A stretch of DNA of 64,000 nt. It comes from Eledone cirrhosa. Taxonomy: Eukaryota. Location of the stretch: the NCBI GenBank assembly GCA_964016885.1, contig OZ024741.1, forward strand, positions 217,496,001 through 217,560,000, in the 5' to 3' direction. The position numbers and the translations under genes are program-made. Each line of letters opens with the position of its first letter. Within the stretch, counting starts at the first letter, position 1. Below the pieces are notes generated by a model that saw only the letters and a list, made by a program, of their open reading frames with translations, did not search any database and was not told the origin of the DNA. Below are positions 1-16,788 of the stretch, in pieces.

Positions 1-39
1 CACCACCACCCCCACCCGATCCACACCACCCCGTTCTAT

Positions 40-332
40 GTAAAGTTATGTTGGTGCCGCGCCATCGAGGCCGAAACAAATGAGATCGTGTAGGTGTCAC
101 GACAAAAAAACACACAGTCCACGCTGTAATGTGGCCGTGTAGGCAACACGGTAAAAACCTCCCAGACCCACACTGTAAATGTGGTTGGTGTTAGGAAGGG
201 CATCCAACTGTAGAAAACCTGCCAGACAGTCCTATGCGAGCAAGACAATCACTCTTGCCTCAAGTGGGACTACCCCCGTCCAAACCCATGCAAGCGTGGA
301 ACACGGACGTTAAACGTTGATGATGATGATGA

Positions 333-335
<3 letters not shown>
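40..335 (+). mobile_element. Octopus-type SINE, 3' portion with RTE-like tail
   Basis: Core CACTGTAAATGTGGTTGGTGTTAGGAAGGGCATCC and a 3' end CCCATGCAAGCGTGGAA..CGGACGTTAAACG(TGA)n resembling the RTE 3' ends in this window. Contains two tandem ~48-bp units (88-137, 138-186). Left boundary approximate. Confidence 0.75.
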
Positions 336-2610
<2,275 letters not shown>

Positions 2611-2854
2611 ACGATATTAAATAAATGGAAACTATATTTATAAAACCATATTTATTTCATTATATATATTTCAGGGATACCATATTAACAATATGTTATG
2701 CCTTCTTCAGACAAAATACAATATAGACAGTTTTATAGATAAATAGATTTGACATACCGTTCAACATCGACTTGTATTTGAAAAAGTTGATTTGGCTGTG
2801 AGAAAATTGTAAACAGAAAGAAAGAAAGAAAAGAAAGAAAGAAAGAAGGAAGGA

Positions 2855-2894
<40 letters not shown>

Positions 2895-3597
2895 AAACGA
2901 AGAAAAAGAAGAAATGCATGCAACAAAATAGAGAGATGGAAAGATAAATAAAGAGAAGAACTTCATGTAAAGAAACAGAGAGAGATATATAGAGAGAGGA
3001 AATAGATAGAGATAGATATATATAGAGAAAAGTAGGTAGTTGGACGACGTATCAATGATACCTTTATTTATTCATTTATTTATTTAGCTCTAGTATTAAT
3101 GTAAGGGAGATATATGTGGTTAGGAAAGAAACCAGCCGTTATATAGAGAGAAAAATGAAAAGTAACCAGACATAGGCGAGGCATAATTTAAAAACCCTAT
3201 GTTTTAATGTAGAAGTATTAGTTCGTATAAAAACCAGGCACTATAATGTAAATATCAGTATTCCTGAATGAGACACGTATCTATAATGTGTGAAAAGTAA
3301 TGATCTTATGTCTAGTTTTAAAAAACTCATATGTTTATATGATAACTACAAACATCGATGTGAATTTACGTGATCAACTCTGCAAACCCCTATTTCACAC
3401 GGAGAACATTCTCATTGTGCTATAAAAATTTAAGTATACATATATGTGTATATATACACACATATATATAGAGTCTATATTAATTTTAACAATACTATTC
3501 TTGTCTTTACTCTACATGATTATCTATCAAGCAGAAATAGAGAACAGATTTCAATATATTAATAAAAATATCAGAAACAAAAACAAAAAATACTAAT
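2611..3597 (-). repeat. Inverted pseudo-LTR copy of the PLE
   Basis: Reverse complement of 6944-7915; joins the direct copy at 3597. Confidence 0.95.
2646..2726 (-). ncRNA. Type I hammerhead ribozyme (inverted pLTR copy)
   Basis: Reverse complement of the motif at 3986-4066, with one substitution in the stem II region (2680). Confidence 0.8.
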
Positions 3598-4190
3598 TCT
3601 TTCCTAACGACATATATCTCCCTTACATTAATACTAGAGCTAAATAAATAAATAAATAAATAAAGGTATCATTGATACATCGTCCAACTACCTACTTTTC
3701 TCTATATATATCTATCTCTATCTATTTCCTCTCTCTATATATCTCTCTCTGTTTCTTTACATGAAGTTCTTCTCTTTATCTATCTTTCCATCTCTCTATT
3801 TTGTTGCATGCATTTCTTCTTTTTCTTCTTTTTCTTCATTTTCTTTCTTTCTTTCTTTCTTTCCTTCTTTCTTTCTTTCTTTTCTTTCTTTCTTTCTGTT
3901 TACAATTTTCTCACTGCCAAATCAACTTTTTCAAATACAAGTCGATGTTGAACGGTATGTCAAATCTATTTATCTATAAAACTGTCTATATTGTATTTTG
4001 TCTGAAGAAGGCATAACATATTGTTAATATGATATCCCTGAAATATATATAATGAAATAAATATGGTTTTATAAATATAGTTTCCATTTATTTAATATCG
4101 TAAATATACTCCAAATACTTGTTGAGTGCTTTTATATCAGTTATAAATATTTACTAGTTGTAACCCAACAATTTAAATATAACTTTCCAT
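3597..4190 (+). repeat. 5' (truncated) direct pseudo-LTR
   Basis: 594-bp near-identical match to 7411-8004; one substitution noticed (3838 vs 7652). Confidence 0.95.
3986..4066 (+). ncRNA. Type I hammerhead ribozyme (5' pLTR)
   Basis: Stem I CUAUAUUGUAUUUUGU (3986-4001) pairs with AUGAAAUAAAUAUGG (4052-4066), one bulge; CUGAAGA 4002-4008; stem II AGG/CCU enclosing CAUAUU-GUU-AAUAUG; GAAA 4040-4043; palindromic stem III UAUAUA; UA cleavage site ending 4051. Confidence 0.85.
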
Positions 4191-4237
4191 GTATCTTGCT
4201 TCAATACTGTTGAGCGCTTTATACTATAACTGAAAAA

Positions 4238-6457
4238 ATGGAATTCTTTAAGATTACTTCCTCTTTAAAAGACATACCTCTACCTAGAAACAAAGACTTT
4301 ATAAAACAATTAATAGATAAATCTGACTCTTTTATAAGGAGAATCAGGTGGCGAGCATTCCACTTTGATAAATCTAATATAAATGAAAATGTCTCGGACT
4401 TAAACAAAGTTTTCAAATCTAAAAGAAATCCACCCCCTAACAAACTTTTATCTGACTTTGAAAACGATATAATTTCTATCATACAAGGGGTCAAATTCAA
4501 GAGAAACTTTAAAGGCCAGGAATATCTGAAAGGCATTAAGGATAATATTGAGAGCTTAGAGAAAACTGAGAAGATCTTGGTGAAATCTGACAAGACCAAC
4601 AACCTCTATGGAGTGCAGAAAGACATGTATAATGGCCTCATACTGAAGGAACTGAGGGAAAAGTACAAGGTAGCAGATAAGGCCGAGCTTGAGAAAATGA
4701 ATGTTGAAGCATCTTGTATAATGCACGAGTTGGAAATTGAGAACAGAACACAACCTTTCGTGCCCAGGAAACCGAAGATCAATATGAAAGATCACAAAAG
4801 GAATTTTGAAAATGACTCGCCAGTTAGATTGATCGCACCATCAAAATCGGACCTGGGCAAATTAAGCAAAAACATTCTTGACAGGGTGATACAGCAAATT
4901 AAAAACTTGGATTGTTTACCTAACCTGAGCTTGTGGAAGGGAACTGGAGAGGTTGTTGAGTGGTTTAAGCAAATTAAATATAACAATAATAATAAGTTTA
5001 TTCAACTTGATATTGCTAACTATTATTCTTCTATTACCCCTAATCTACTAAATAAGGCACTAAATTACGCATTCAAACATACAGACCTAACTAGCAATGA
5101 AATGCACATTATATTATCGGCTAGGAAAACATTGATAGAATTTAATGACCAACTATGGACCAGAGCAGATAGAGATAGCAATTTTGACATTACTATGGGA
5201 TCATCCGACTCAGCTCAGGTAACTGACCTTGTGGGCTTATTTTTAATCAATTCGCTACATAGGAAAATACCTGGTACTACCGGAGGTTTATATAGAGATG
5301 ACATGCTTTTACTTATTGATAATAATAACTCTGAACTAAATAGAAAAAGAAAACAAATTACACAATTTTTTAATTACTTTAATCTAAAAATAGAAATTGA
5401 GAACAACCATAGAATAGTCAATTTCCTAGATATAACATTAAATCTCAACACATGTCTTCACTATCCATTTCACAAGTTGAATGAAAACTTAAACTATGTC
5501 AGCTTTAACTCTAACCACCCCAGATCTGTCAAAAACACTATAGTAAACTCTGTTCAAAAACGTATATCTAGAATCTCGTCTAATAGAAAGATTTTCGACG
5601 AAAAAGCCCAGTACTACAATGAAGCGTTAGCTAGAGCAGGATATAGTGATAAGATTATGTACATAGATAATGATAGACAAACTAAACAAAATAACAACTA
5701 CTTTAATTACGGCCACAATCTTAACAACTATAATAGAAAGCATTACAATAATTCCAAAAGCCAAAAAAGAAATAGAACTAGGAACATAATATGGTTTGCC
5801 CCCCCCCCCCCTTTCTCACTAAACATTAAAACCCACATCGCTAAACTATTTTTTAAAGCTCTTGATAATCGCTTCCCTAGAACACATAGGTATCACTCAA
5901 TTTTCAATAGACATACTATAAAATTAACCTACTCATCCACCAAAAATTTAGCACAAAATATTAATAGAATAAATAATAGGAACTTAAAACCTAGCGATAA
6001 TAGCATAAATAATATACAAGTTAACAAATGTAACTGTAGAGATAGATCTAAATGTCCGTTAAATAACAACTGCTTAGTTAAAAATATAATATACAACTGT
6101 AATGTTAAAACGGACTCTAATTCTTTTAACTACGTCGGTTCCACATCGACGGAATTTAAACTTCGCTATAATAACCACAAGAATTCTTTCACAGATCCAA
6201 GCAAAAAATCTTCAACAGCACTATCAGGCGTACTCTGGCAACTTAGGCAAGATAACGTTAGATATTCGACGGCTTGGAATATAGTCTCAAGAGGGATTCC
6301 TTTTAATTCATCCTCTGAGACATGTGACCTCTGCGCGGAGGAGATATTCTTTATACTAAAATCTAAAAATTCCCTTAATCTACGGACAAATTTATTCAGT
6401 TGCTGCAAACATAGATTGAACTCAACTTTTAAATATAAATTTAAATTTAAAATGTAG
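4238..6457 (+). CDS. Penelope-like reverse transcriptase with C-terminal GIY-YIG endonuclease, 739 aa, uninterrupted
   Basis: PLE N-terminal SSLKDIP and KSDKT motifs; RT motifs LDIANYY, MGSSDS, GLYRDD, VNFLDITL; Cys linker CNCRDRSKCPLNNNC; GIY-YIG IIY...YVGST...FKLRYNNH; C-terminal CDLC..E. Confidence 0.95.
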   Translation: MEFFKITSSLKDIPLPRNKDFIKQLIDKSDSFIRRIRWRAFHFDKSNINENVSDLNKVFKSKRNPPPNKLLSDFENDIISIIQGVKFKRNFKGQEYLKGIKDNIESLEKTEKILVKSDKTNNLYGVQKDMYNGLILKELREKYKVADKAELEKMNVEASCIMHELEIENRTQPFVPRKPKINMKDHKRNFENDSPVRLIAPSKSDLGKLSKNILDRVIQQIKNLDCLPNLSLWKGTGEVVEWFKQIKYNNNNKFIQLDIANYYSSITPNLLNKALNYAFKHTDLTSNEMHIILSARKTLIEFNDQLWTRADRDSNFDITMGSSDSAQVTDLVGLFLINSLHRKIPGTTGGLYRDDMLLLIDNNNSELNRKRKQITQFFNYFNLKIEIENNHRIVNFLDITLNLNTCLHYPFHKLNENLNYVSFNSNHPRSVKNTIVNSVQKRISRISSNRKIFDEKAQYYNEALARAGYSDKIMYIDNDRQTKQNNNYFNYGHNLNNYNRKHYNNSKSQKRNRTRNIIWFAPPPPFSLNIKTHIAKLFFKALDNRFPRTHRYHSIFNRHTIKLTYSSTKNLAQNINRINNRNLKPSDNSINNIQVNKCNCRDRSKCPLNNNCLVKNIIYNCNVKTDSNSFNYVGSTSTEFKLRYNNHKNSFTDPSKKSSTALSGVLWQLRQDNVRYSTAWNIVSRGIPFNSSSETCDLCAEEIFFILKSKNSLNLRTNLFSCCKHRLNSTFKYKFKFKM

Positions 6458-6943
6458 TATATTTAGTTTGGTTTGTAATTATTTGGGAAACTAGCCGATA
6501 AATCTTTCGATTTCTTCTTTTTATTCTTCTTTTTATTTTAATTTTTATTTTTATTTTAAACATTCTTCATGAAAAATTAAACTACCCTAAAAGTTGATGC
6601 TCCAAATATATCGAATAAACGTTACACTAGATAAACTTCTATATTAAATATGAGAACATATGTAGACCTAACGGGCATCCTAAACTTTTGAAATGATTTC
6701 TGCTAGACGCAATCTGGTAAATAATTTTTAGCTTTATCTGTTTTCGACTCTGATGCTTATAACGAACTTGGCAATATATTGTCAATTAATTTTGAAGGGT
6801 TGATCTTTGTGGTCGATTTGCGTGGCATATTATGTTTTTATTTTTATTATTTTAATATTTTTTTAATAATATTTTTTAATATTTTTAATATTTTCATTGT
6901 TAATATGTAATATTTTTTAGTTTTCTATTTTATTTATTTGTTT

Positions 6944-8004
6944 ATTAGTATTTTTTGTTTTTGTTTCTGATATTTTTATTAATATATTGAAATCTGTTCT
7001 CTATTTCTGCTTGATAGATAATCATGTAGAGTAAAGACAAGAATAGTATTGTTAAAATTAATATAGACTCTATATATATGTGTGTATATATACACATATA
7101 TGTATACTTAAATTTTTATAGCACAATGAGAATGTTCTCCGTGTGAAATAGGGGTTTGCAGAGTTGATCACGTAAATTCACATCGATGTTTGTAGTTATC
7201 ATATAAACATATGAGTTTTTTAAAACTAGACATAAGATCATTACTTTTCACACATTATAGATACGTGTCTCACTCAGGAATACTGATATTTACATTATAG
7301 TGTCTGGTTTTTATACGAACTAATACTTCTACATTAAAACATAGGGTTTTTGAATTATGCCTCGCCTATGTCTGGTTACTTTTCATTTTTCTCTCTATAT
7401 AACGGCTGGTTTCTTTCCTAACGACATATATCTCCCTTACATTAATACTAGAGCTAAATAAATAAATAAATAAATAAAGGTATCATTGATACATCGTCCA
7501 ACTACCTACTTTTCTCTATATATATCTATCTCTATCTATTTCCTCTCTCTATATATCTCTCTCTGTTTCTTTACATGAAGTTCTTCTCTTTATCTATCTT
7601 TCCATCTCTCTATTTTGTTGCATGCATTTCTTCTTTTTCTTCTTTTTCTTCGTTTTCTTTCTTTCTTTCTTTCTTTCCTTCTTTCTTTCTTTCTTTTCTT
7701 TCTTTCTTTCTGTTTACAATTTTCTCACTGCCAAATCAACTTTTTCAAATACAAGTCGATGTTGAACGGTATGTCAAATCTATTTATCTATAAAACTGTC
7801 TATATTGTATTTTGTCTGAAGAAGGCATAACATATTGTTAATATGATATCCCTGAAATATATATAATGAAATAAATATGGTTTTATAAATATAGTTTCCA
7901 TTTATTTAATATCGTAAATATACTCCAAATACTTGTTGAGTGCTTTTATATCAGTTATAAATATTTACTAGTTGTAACCCAACAATTTAAATATAACTTT
8001 CCAT
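6944..8004 (+). repeat. 3' pseudo-LTR, extending 89 nt beyond the end matched by the inverted copy
   Basis: 6944-7915 matches the inverted copy; 7411-8004 matches the 5' direct copy. Confidence 0.93.
7800..7880 (+). ncRNA. Type I hammerhead ribozyme (3' pLTR)
   Basis: Same sequence as 3986-4066; CUGAAGA 7816-7822; predicted cleavage after 7865. Confidence 0.85.
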
Positions 8005-11837
<3,833 letters not shown>

Positions 11838-12012
11838 AGTAATAATAATAAATTTGAAGACTAATCTGTTATTTTAATCTGTTATTTTAATAAATCTCTC
11901 TCTATATATATATTGTTATATTTGGGGAGGCTCATATTGTTATAATATTGCCAGAAATAATAATAAAACACACTCACTGTTTGATTTATATATATATATA
12001 TATATATATTAA

Positions 12013-12229
12013 ATATTTCCATAGAAAAGGTAAAGGAAAAAAGCGTGGTCTATGTATTGTACAGAGCTATTTAGTTACATAATAAACAACACAATATAAA
12101 TATTTCATTACCGAAGTTTTCAAGAAGCTAGATGATTCTTGCAAGGAACATCCAGTTCATTCATCAGACAAAATAATTATTTCTTGAAACCTTCGGTAAT
12201 GAAATAATTATACTGTGTTGTTTATTATG

Positions 12230-12235
<6 letters not shown>
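12013..12235 (-). mobile_element. Miniature fold-back PLE-derived insertion
   Basis: Inverted arms 12072-12126 / 12181-12235 plus an unpaired ~60-nt tail; flanked by (TA)n; related to 47612-47800. Confidence 0.75.
12101..12175 (-). ncRNA. Type I hammerhead ribozyme, second family (one stem III mismatch)
   Basis: Minus strand: UAUUUUGU-CUGAUGA-stem II (GAACUGGAUG/CAUCUAGCUUC)-GAAA-ACUUCGG-UA-AUGAAAUA. The opposite arm keeps the paired form GAAACCUUCGGUA. Confidence 0.7.
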
Positions 12236-12290
<55 letters not shown>

Positions 12291-12292
<2 letters not shown>

Positions 12293-12484
12293 CGAAGGAA
12301 ATGTGGTAAGGAACCAGATGGACCACAATGCACCAAAGTACTCAATACTTAGGGTAGTAGAGTGGGTAATAGGAACGAGTAGGACCCCGACGGCTGAGCT
12401 CAACCCGTTTCGACGGCTAATTCTGGACGCAGAATTAGCCGTCGAAACGTCTTGAGCTCAGCCGTCGGGGGTCCTACTCGTTCC

Positions 12485-12486
<2 letters not shown>
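12291..12486. mobile_element. Short hairpin (fold-back) element, copy 1
   Basis: Arms 12370-12425 / 12430-12486, 4-nt loop, ~78-nt tail; flanked by (TA)n; second copy at 61901-62093. Confidence 0.8.
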
Positions 12487-12533
<47 letters not shown>

Positions 12534-12662
12534 TCACATTATGTATATATCAAATCATGAAGCTTTACTTTAAAATGTTTTTTCTTTATTTCTTTTTCTT
12601 CTTTCTCTCTTTCTTCTTCATAATAATTGATTGATTAAATGATAATTATTGATTTTCTTCAG

Positions 12663-13594
12663 GGCAATTGAAGAGAAAGATATAATTTCCCCTCAAGAAG
12701 GTCGAGATGTTGCTGCAGAGATTGGGGTCGCTTATTACGAAGTAAGCATTCTCACCGAGTTTGGAATTGAGGATGTTTTCTTAAATACAGTGCGAGCAGC
12801 TCTCAGTGACCGACGCAAGATGAAATTCTGGGACAGCCAGCTTCGAAAGCTGAAACCACCGATGATTCAACCTCCTATGGAACTTCCTCAACCTAGTTAT
12901 CCAAAAGTGACACTGCCATCAGTATCTTTATACAATGACCTCTGCTATCTACTGAGTGACCAAATCGAAGGAGACGTGGTTTTCGTAGCCAAAGAAAAAT
13001 GTATATATGCCCACAAAATTTGTTTAATGGTTACCAGTTCAGTATTTAAGGATCTTTTCCTAACAGACTTGAAAAGCCCTTCTTCAGAGCAGTCGAGTCA
13101 TGAAGTTTTCTCTGAAGATAGAGTGTCAGAAGATAGCGACAAAGACAGACTTATAGACAGTGACGGGATCTTACCAGAGAGCCCGGTGTCTGAGCATCTC
13201 GATTTTAATAACGTCATCGCTAACGAACAAAATGAATATGAGACAACAAAAACTTTCGTCCCCTCACACCCAGCATTTCACTCTGTCGAGATAAAACCTC
13301 CCAAGAGCCCGTTCCAGTCTAACCAATGCACTGTACAGTTAAACCCAGATATTACCCCACGGGCTTTCCAGTATATTCTAGAATACCTGTATACTGGAGT
13401 GGCCAAAGAACAGTTTGATATTTTCGATGAAGTCATCGTGGCTGCTGAGTTGCTACAACTCCCTGATCTTGTACTAACCATCAGGAACTTTCTCTCGAAA
13501 GAGGCTTACCTAAACCTAGAACTACGACGTAGATTCCATGTGGCACACTGTAGCAATCTGCAAGAACTGGCACTCAAGAGAGAAATAGCCACTG
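12663..13594 (+). CDS. RhoBTB: RhoBTB1/2-like exon: end of Rho GTPase domain, Pro-rich linker, split BTB1 with acidic insert
   Basis: EGRDVAAEIGVAYYEVS..FGIEDVFLNTVRAAL; KPPMIQPP; DVVF..IYAHKICL..SSVFKDLF ... AFQYILEYLYTG. Acceptor AG 12661-12662; donor GTAAGT at 13595, phase 1. Earlier exons lie before the window. Confidence 0.92.
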
Positions 13595-13679
13595 GTAAGT
13601 AATCAGTTCACTTTCGAATATTTCAAGCAATTTTTTCAATCAAATTACATTAATTTTTTCTAGATTCTTCAGATTTATT

Positions 13680-14070
13680 CACAATTCTTTTCATAATTCT
13701 TCACAATATCCTCACAAACTTTTCATAATTATTCACAGACTTCTCATAATTCTTCACAAACTTTTCATCATTTTTCACAAATATAATTCTTCACAACTCC
13801 TCACAAACTCTTTACAACTCCTCACACACTCCTCACAAACATCTCACAACTCCTCACAAACACCTCACAACTCCTCACAAACTCTTCACAACTCATCACA
13901 AACTCTTTACAACTCATCACACACTTTTCACAACTCATAAACTCTTTACAACTCCTCACAAACACCTCACACACTCTTCACAAACACTTCACAAATTCTT
14001 CCCAACTCATCACAAACTCTTTACAACACCTCAAAAAATGTTCACAATTTCTTACAAATGCTTCACAATA
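13680..14070. repeat. Degenerate 10-11-bp tandem array (CTCCTCACAAA-like)
   Basis: Seen directly just after the exon donor. Confidence 0.85.
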
Positions 14071-14174
14071 GTTCACAGGTCTCATCATACATAGCAACAT
14101 AGTAACCAGAGTAGGGTGTGTCTAGTGGTGGTGGTGGTGGGGTGTTGTTGTTGTTACAGCTCACACCTATTTAG

Positions 14175-14394
14175 GTTTAGCTGGCCTCCTCCAAGGAATA
14201 TCATTGGAGGTGTCTTGGGTGATTTAATGATAGGGACCCCAGTCCGATCATCTCATTTCTACAGCTGAGTAAACTGGAGCAACATGAAATAAAGTGTCTT
14301 CTTGCTCAAGGAAAGAACACATCATCCGGTCTGAGAATTGAACTCACAACCTTTCGATTGTAAGCCCAATGCCCTAACCACTAAGCCATGCGCC
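14175..14394 (-). mobile_element. tRNA-derived SINE
   Basis: Minus-strand head GGCGCATGGCTTAGTGGTTAGGGC..GTGAGTTCAATTCTC (Pol III A/B boxes); homologous to 61609-61883. Confidence 0.8.
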
Positions 14395-14579
14395 TTCACA
14401 GTGGTGTGGGAGGGGGGGGGGGGGTAATTCTTATCATTGAACCAAGATTAGCTATATTACTATGTAAGACATTAGTGGAAAAAAGAACTCTCTGTAGAAT
14501 TAAGTTGTAGAGAAATTTCAGTAGAAACATGAGATTCATGTTGAGGTAATGGCACTTCACTAGAGCAAATACATATATA

Positions 14580-15431
14580 TCATCATCATCACCACTACCA
14601 CCATCATCATCATATTATGTCCAATTTCTATACTGGTATGGGTTGGATGAGTTAGCACAGTCCAAGACTAGATGGGTCAGAGAGACCTCATCTTACTCAT
14701 ATATTACATATTTCGGCATGGTTACTATAGTTGGATGCCCATCCTAGTGCCAACCACTTTGCAGAGTGTACTGGGTGCATTTTATAGTGACACCAGCACG
14801 ACCACTTTACATACTGCACTGGGTACATTTTATTGTGGCACCATCACCACCACCACCACTTTACAGAGTGTGCTTGGTGTATTTACTGTGGCAACAGCAC
14901 TACCATTTTATGGGATTACAGAGTGTACCGAGTGTATTTATCATGGCACCAACACTACCACTTTACAGAGTGTACTGTGTATATTTTATCATTGCATCTG
15001 CACTACCATGTTACAGAGTGTACTGGGTGTATTTTATCATAGCACCAACACTACCACTTTACAGAGTGTACCGAGTGTATTTTATCATAGCACCAACACT
15101 ACCACTTTACTGAGAGTACTGGGTGTATTTTATCATGGCACCAGTACTACCACTTTACTGAGTGTACTGGGTGTATTTTATCATGGCACCAGTACTACCA
15201 CTTTGCAGAGTGTACTGGGTCCATTTTATTAATACACCTGCACTATTACTTTATAGGGTATACTAAGTGTATTTTATTATTGCATCAACACTATCACTTT
15301 ACAGAGTGTACTGGGTGTATTATATCATGACACCAGTACTACCACTTTACAGAGTGTACTGGGTGTATTTTATCATGGCACCAGTACTACCACTTTACAG
15401 AGTGCACTGGGTGTATTTTATCATGGCACCA
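14580..15431 (-). repeat. SINE remnant (14580-14760) continuing into ~14 degenerate 48-bp units
   Basis: (CAT)n tail and GGATGCCC core followed by the repeated unit CACTTTACAGAGTGTACTGGGTGTATTTTATCATGGCACCAGTACTAC. Confidence 0.85.
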
Positions 15432-15609
15432 AGTCTAGTAAGGTTATCACATGCTCAGCCGAACCAAAGAATCCCCTCTGTTCTACATAATCTCTGTTTG
15501 TCTACCAACCACTGTACACATATTATAAATAAAATGCAAGTGGTGACGTTTGTTTATGTCCATCATAAGCAATATGTCCTGCCATAGAGAACAAATAATG
15601 GTTTCTGAC

Positions 15610-15800
15610 ACAAAGCCAGCAATTTGGGGATATGGGGGAAAGTCGATTAAATCGATCCCAGTGCATTACTGGTACTTTATTTTATCGACCCTGTAAGGAT
15701 GAAAGGCAAAGCTAACCTTGGCAGGAATTGAACAGAGAACGCAAAGGACCGTAACTCTATGTCATGAAGCAGGGGATCCGATGCTCTACCGATTCTGCCA
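15610..15800 (-). mobile_element. SINE of a second family (ACTGGTACTTTATTTTATCGACCC..GGATGAAAGGCAAAG core)
   Basis: Homologous to 21296-21440, 21750-21922, 25170-25350 and 51735-52020. Confidence 0.75.
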
Positions 15801-15856
15801 ATCCAATACGATGTTTTTAGTGTTTATTTTTCCTTTGTTTGTTCTCTTTGATCCAG

Positions 15857-15975
15857 ATGTGACGTTCCAAGTGGATGATGGAATGGTCCGAGCCCACAAA
15901 CCTCTCTTAATGGCCCACTGTGAAGTGATGTATGCAATGTTTAGTGATGACTTTCTCGAGTCTTCCGCTAAAGTG
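15857..15975 (+). CDS. RhoBTB: RhoBTB exon: start of BTB2
   Basis: DVTFQVDDGMVRAHKPLLMAHCEVMYAMFSDDFLESSAKV; acceptor ATCCAG ending 15856; donor GTAACT at 15976; phases 1/0 fit the neighbouring exons. Confidence 0.92.
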
Positions 15976-16514
15976 GTAACTATTTCACTTCTTTCCTTCT
16001 CCCCTTCCTCCCCCTCTTCCTTCTCCTCCCCTACCTCGTGCCCTCTGGCCCTCCTCTACTCTGTCCCCCTCCCCCTCCTAATTCTCTTCTTTTCCTCATC
16101 CTCTTTTTCTTCTCATTCTCCTCCTCCTGCCCCTCTTCATCTTCCTTATTTTTCTTCTTCATCCTCCACCCTCTTCCTTTCCTATCTCCATTTATCAATA
16201 AACCCAAACCCCACCACATCAATGTTGATGGCTGCACATGGGTGAGTTTTAATGAAGTAATACCCTACATTTGTATAGAGAGATATATTAAGACATTATA
16301 TATATATTTTCTCAACCTGTTAGTTCTATCGTTACTTTGGTATATTATTGTGTGTTAGATTTTGCCTACCACAATGTTCGATTTGTCAAGCTATTTAAAT
16401 GTATGTTATTACTCTAAGGACCTAACTTATCGAGTGCTTTGCTAACTCATCATTTCATATAAGTAGGCCGAATTTGCTTGCAAACCGCCAGAGATTCGAT
16501 TTTACTAAATCTCC

Positions 16515-16588
<74 letters not shown>

Positions 16589-16743
16589 TTGGTCCATTCA
16601 ACATGCTTTTCATCTGATACAGCATAATAATGGCTATCTGACTTGATGGTATCAATTACATAATTGATGTCTTTGAAATGTACATAATAGCAATGGCATA
16701 ATTAATAAAATGATATAAGATTCCAGAATGCATTCTTCTTCAT

Positions 16744-16787
<44 letters not shown>

Positions 16788-16788
<1 letters not shown>

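Larger units (their letters stand above)
2611..8004 (+). mobile_element. Full-length Penelope-like retroelement (PLE) with inverted and direct pseudo-LTRs, inserted in (TA)n
   Basis: RT + GIY-YIG ORF; direct repeat 3597-4190 = 7411-8004 (offset 3814); 2611-3597 is the reverse complement of 6944-7915; both ends abut TA repeats. Confidence 0.95.

Noticed and set aside
3254-3304. Second hammerhead-like motif CUGAAUGA-GACAC..GUGU-GAAA, antisense to the PLE (also ~7237-7288 on the minus strand)
   Set aside because: Extra core nucleotide and no stem III or cleavage triplet between GAAA and the putative stem I; at most a relic.
2696-7830. Short F/L/S-rich ORFs repeated three times (2696-2966, 3761-4016, 7575-7830)
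   Set aside because: Translations of the (TTTC)n tract within the pseudo-LTR copies.
14325-14394. tRNA-like sequence (also 61815-61883)
   Set aside because: A/B boxes run into a SINE body with no full cloverleaf; these are SINE heads, not tRNA genes.
15718-16245. 175-aa ORF as a standalone gene; similar extensions at 24797-25219 and 27325-27540
   Set aside because: Only the splice-bounded cores resemble RhoBTB; the flanks are SINE or low-complexity intron sequence.
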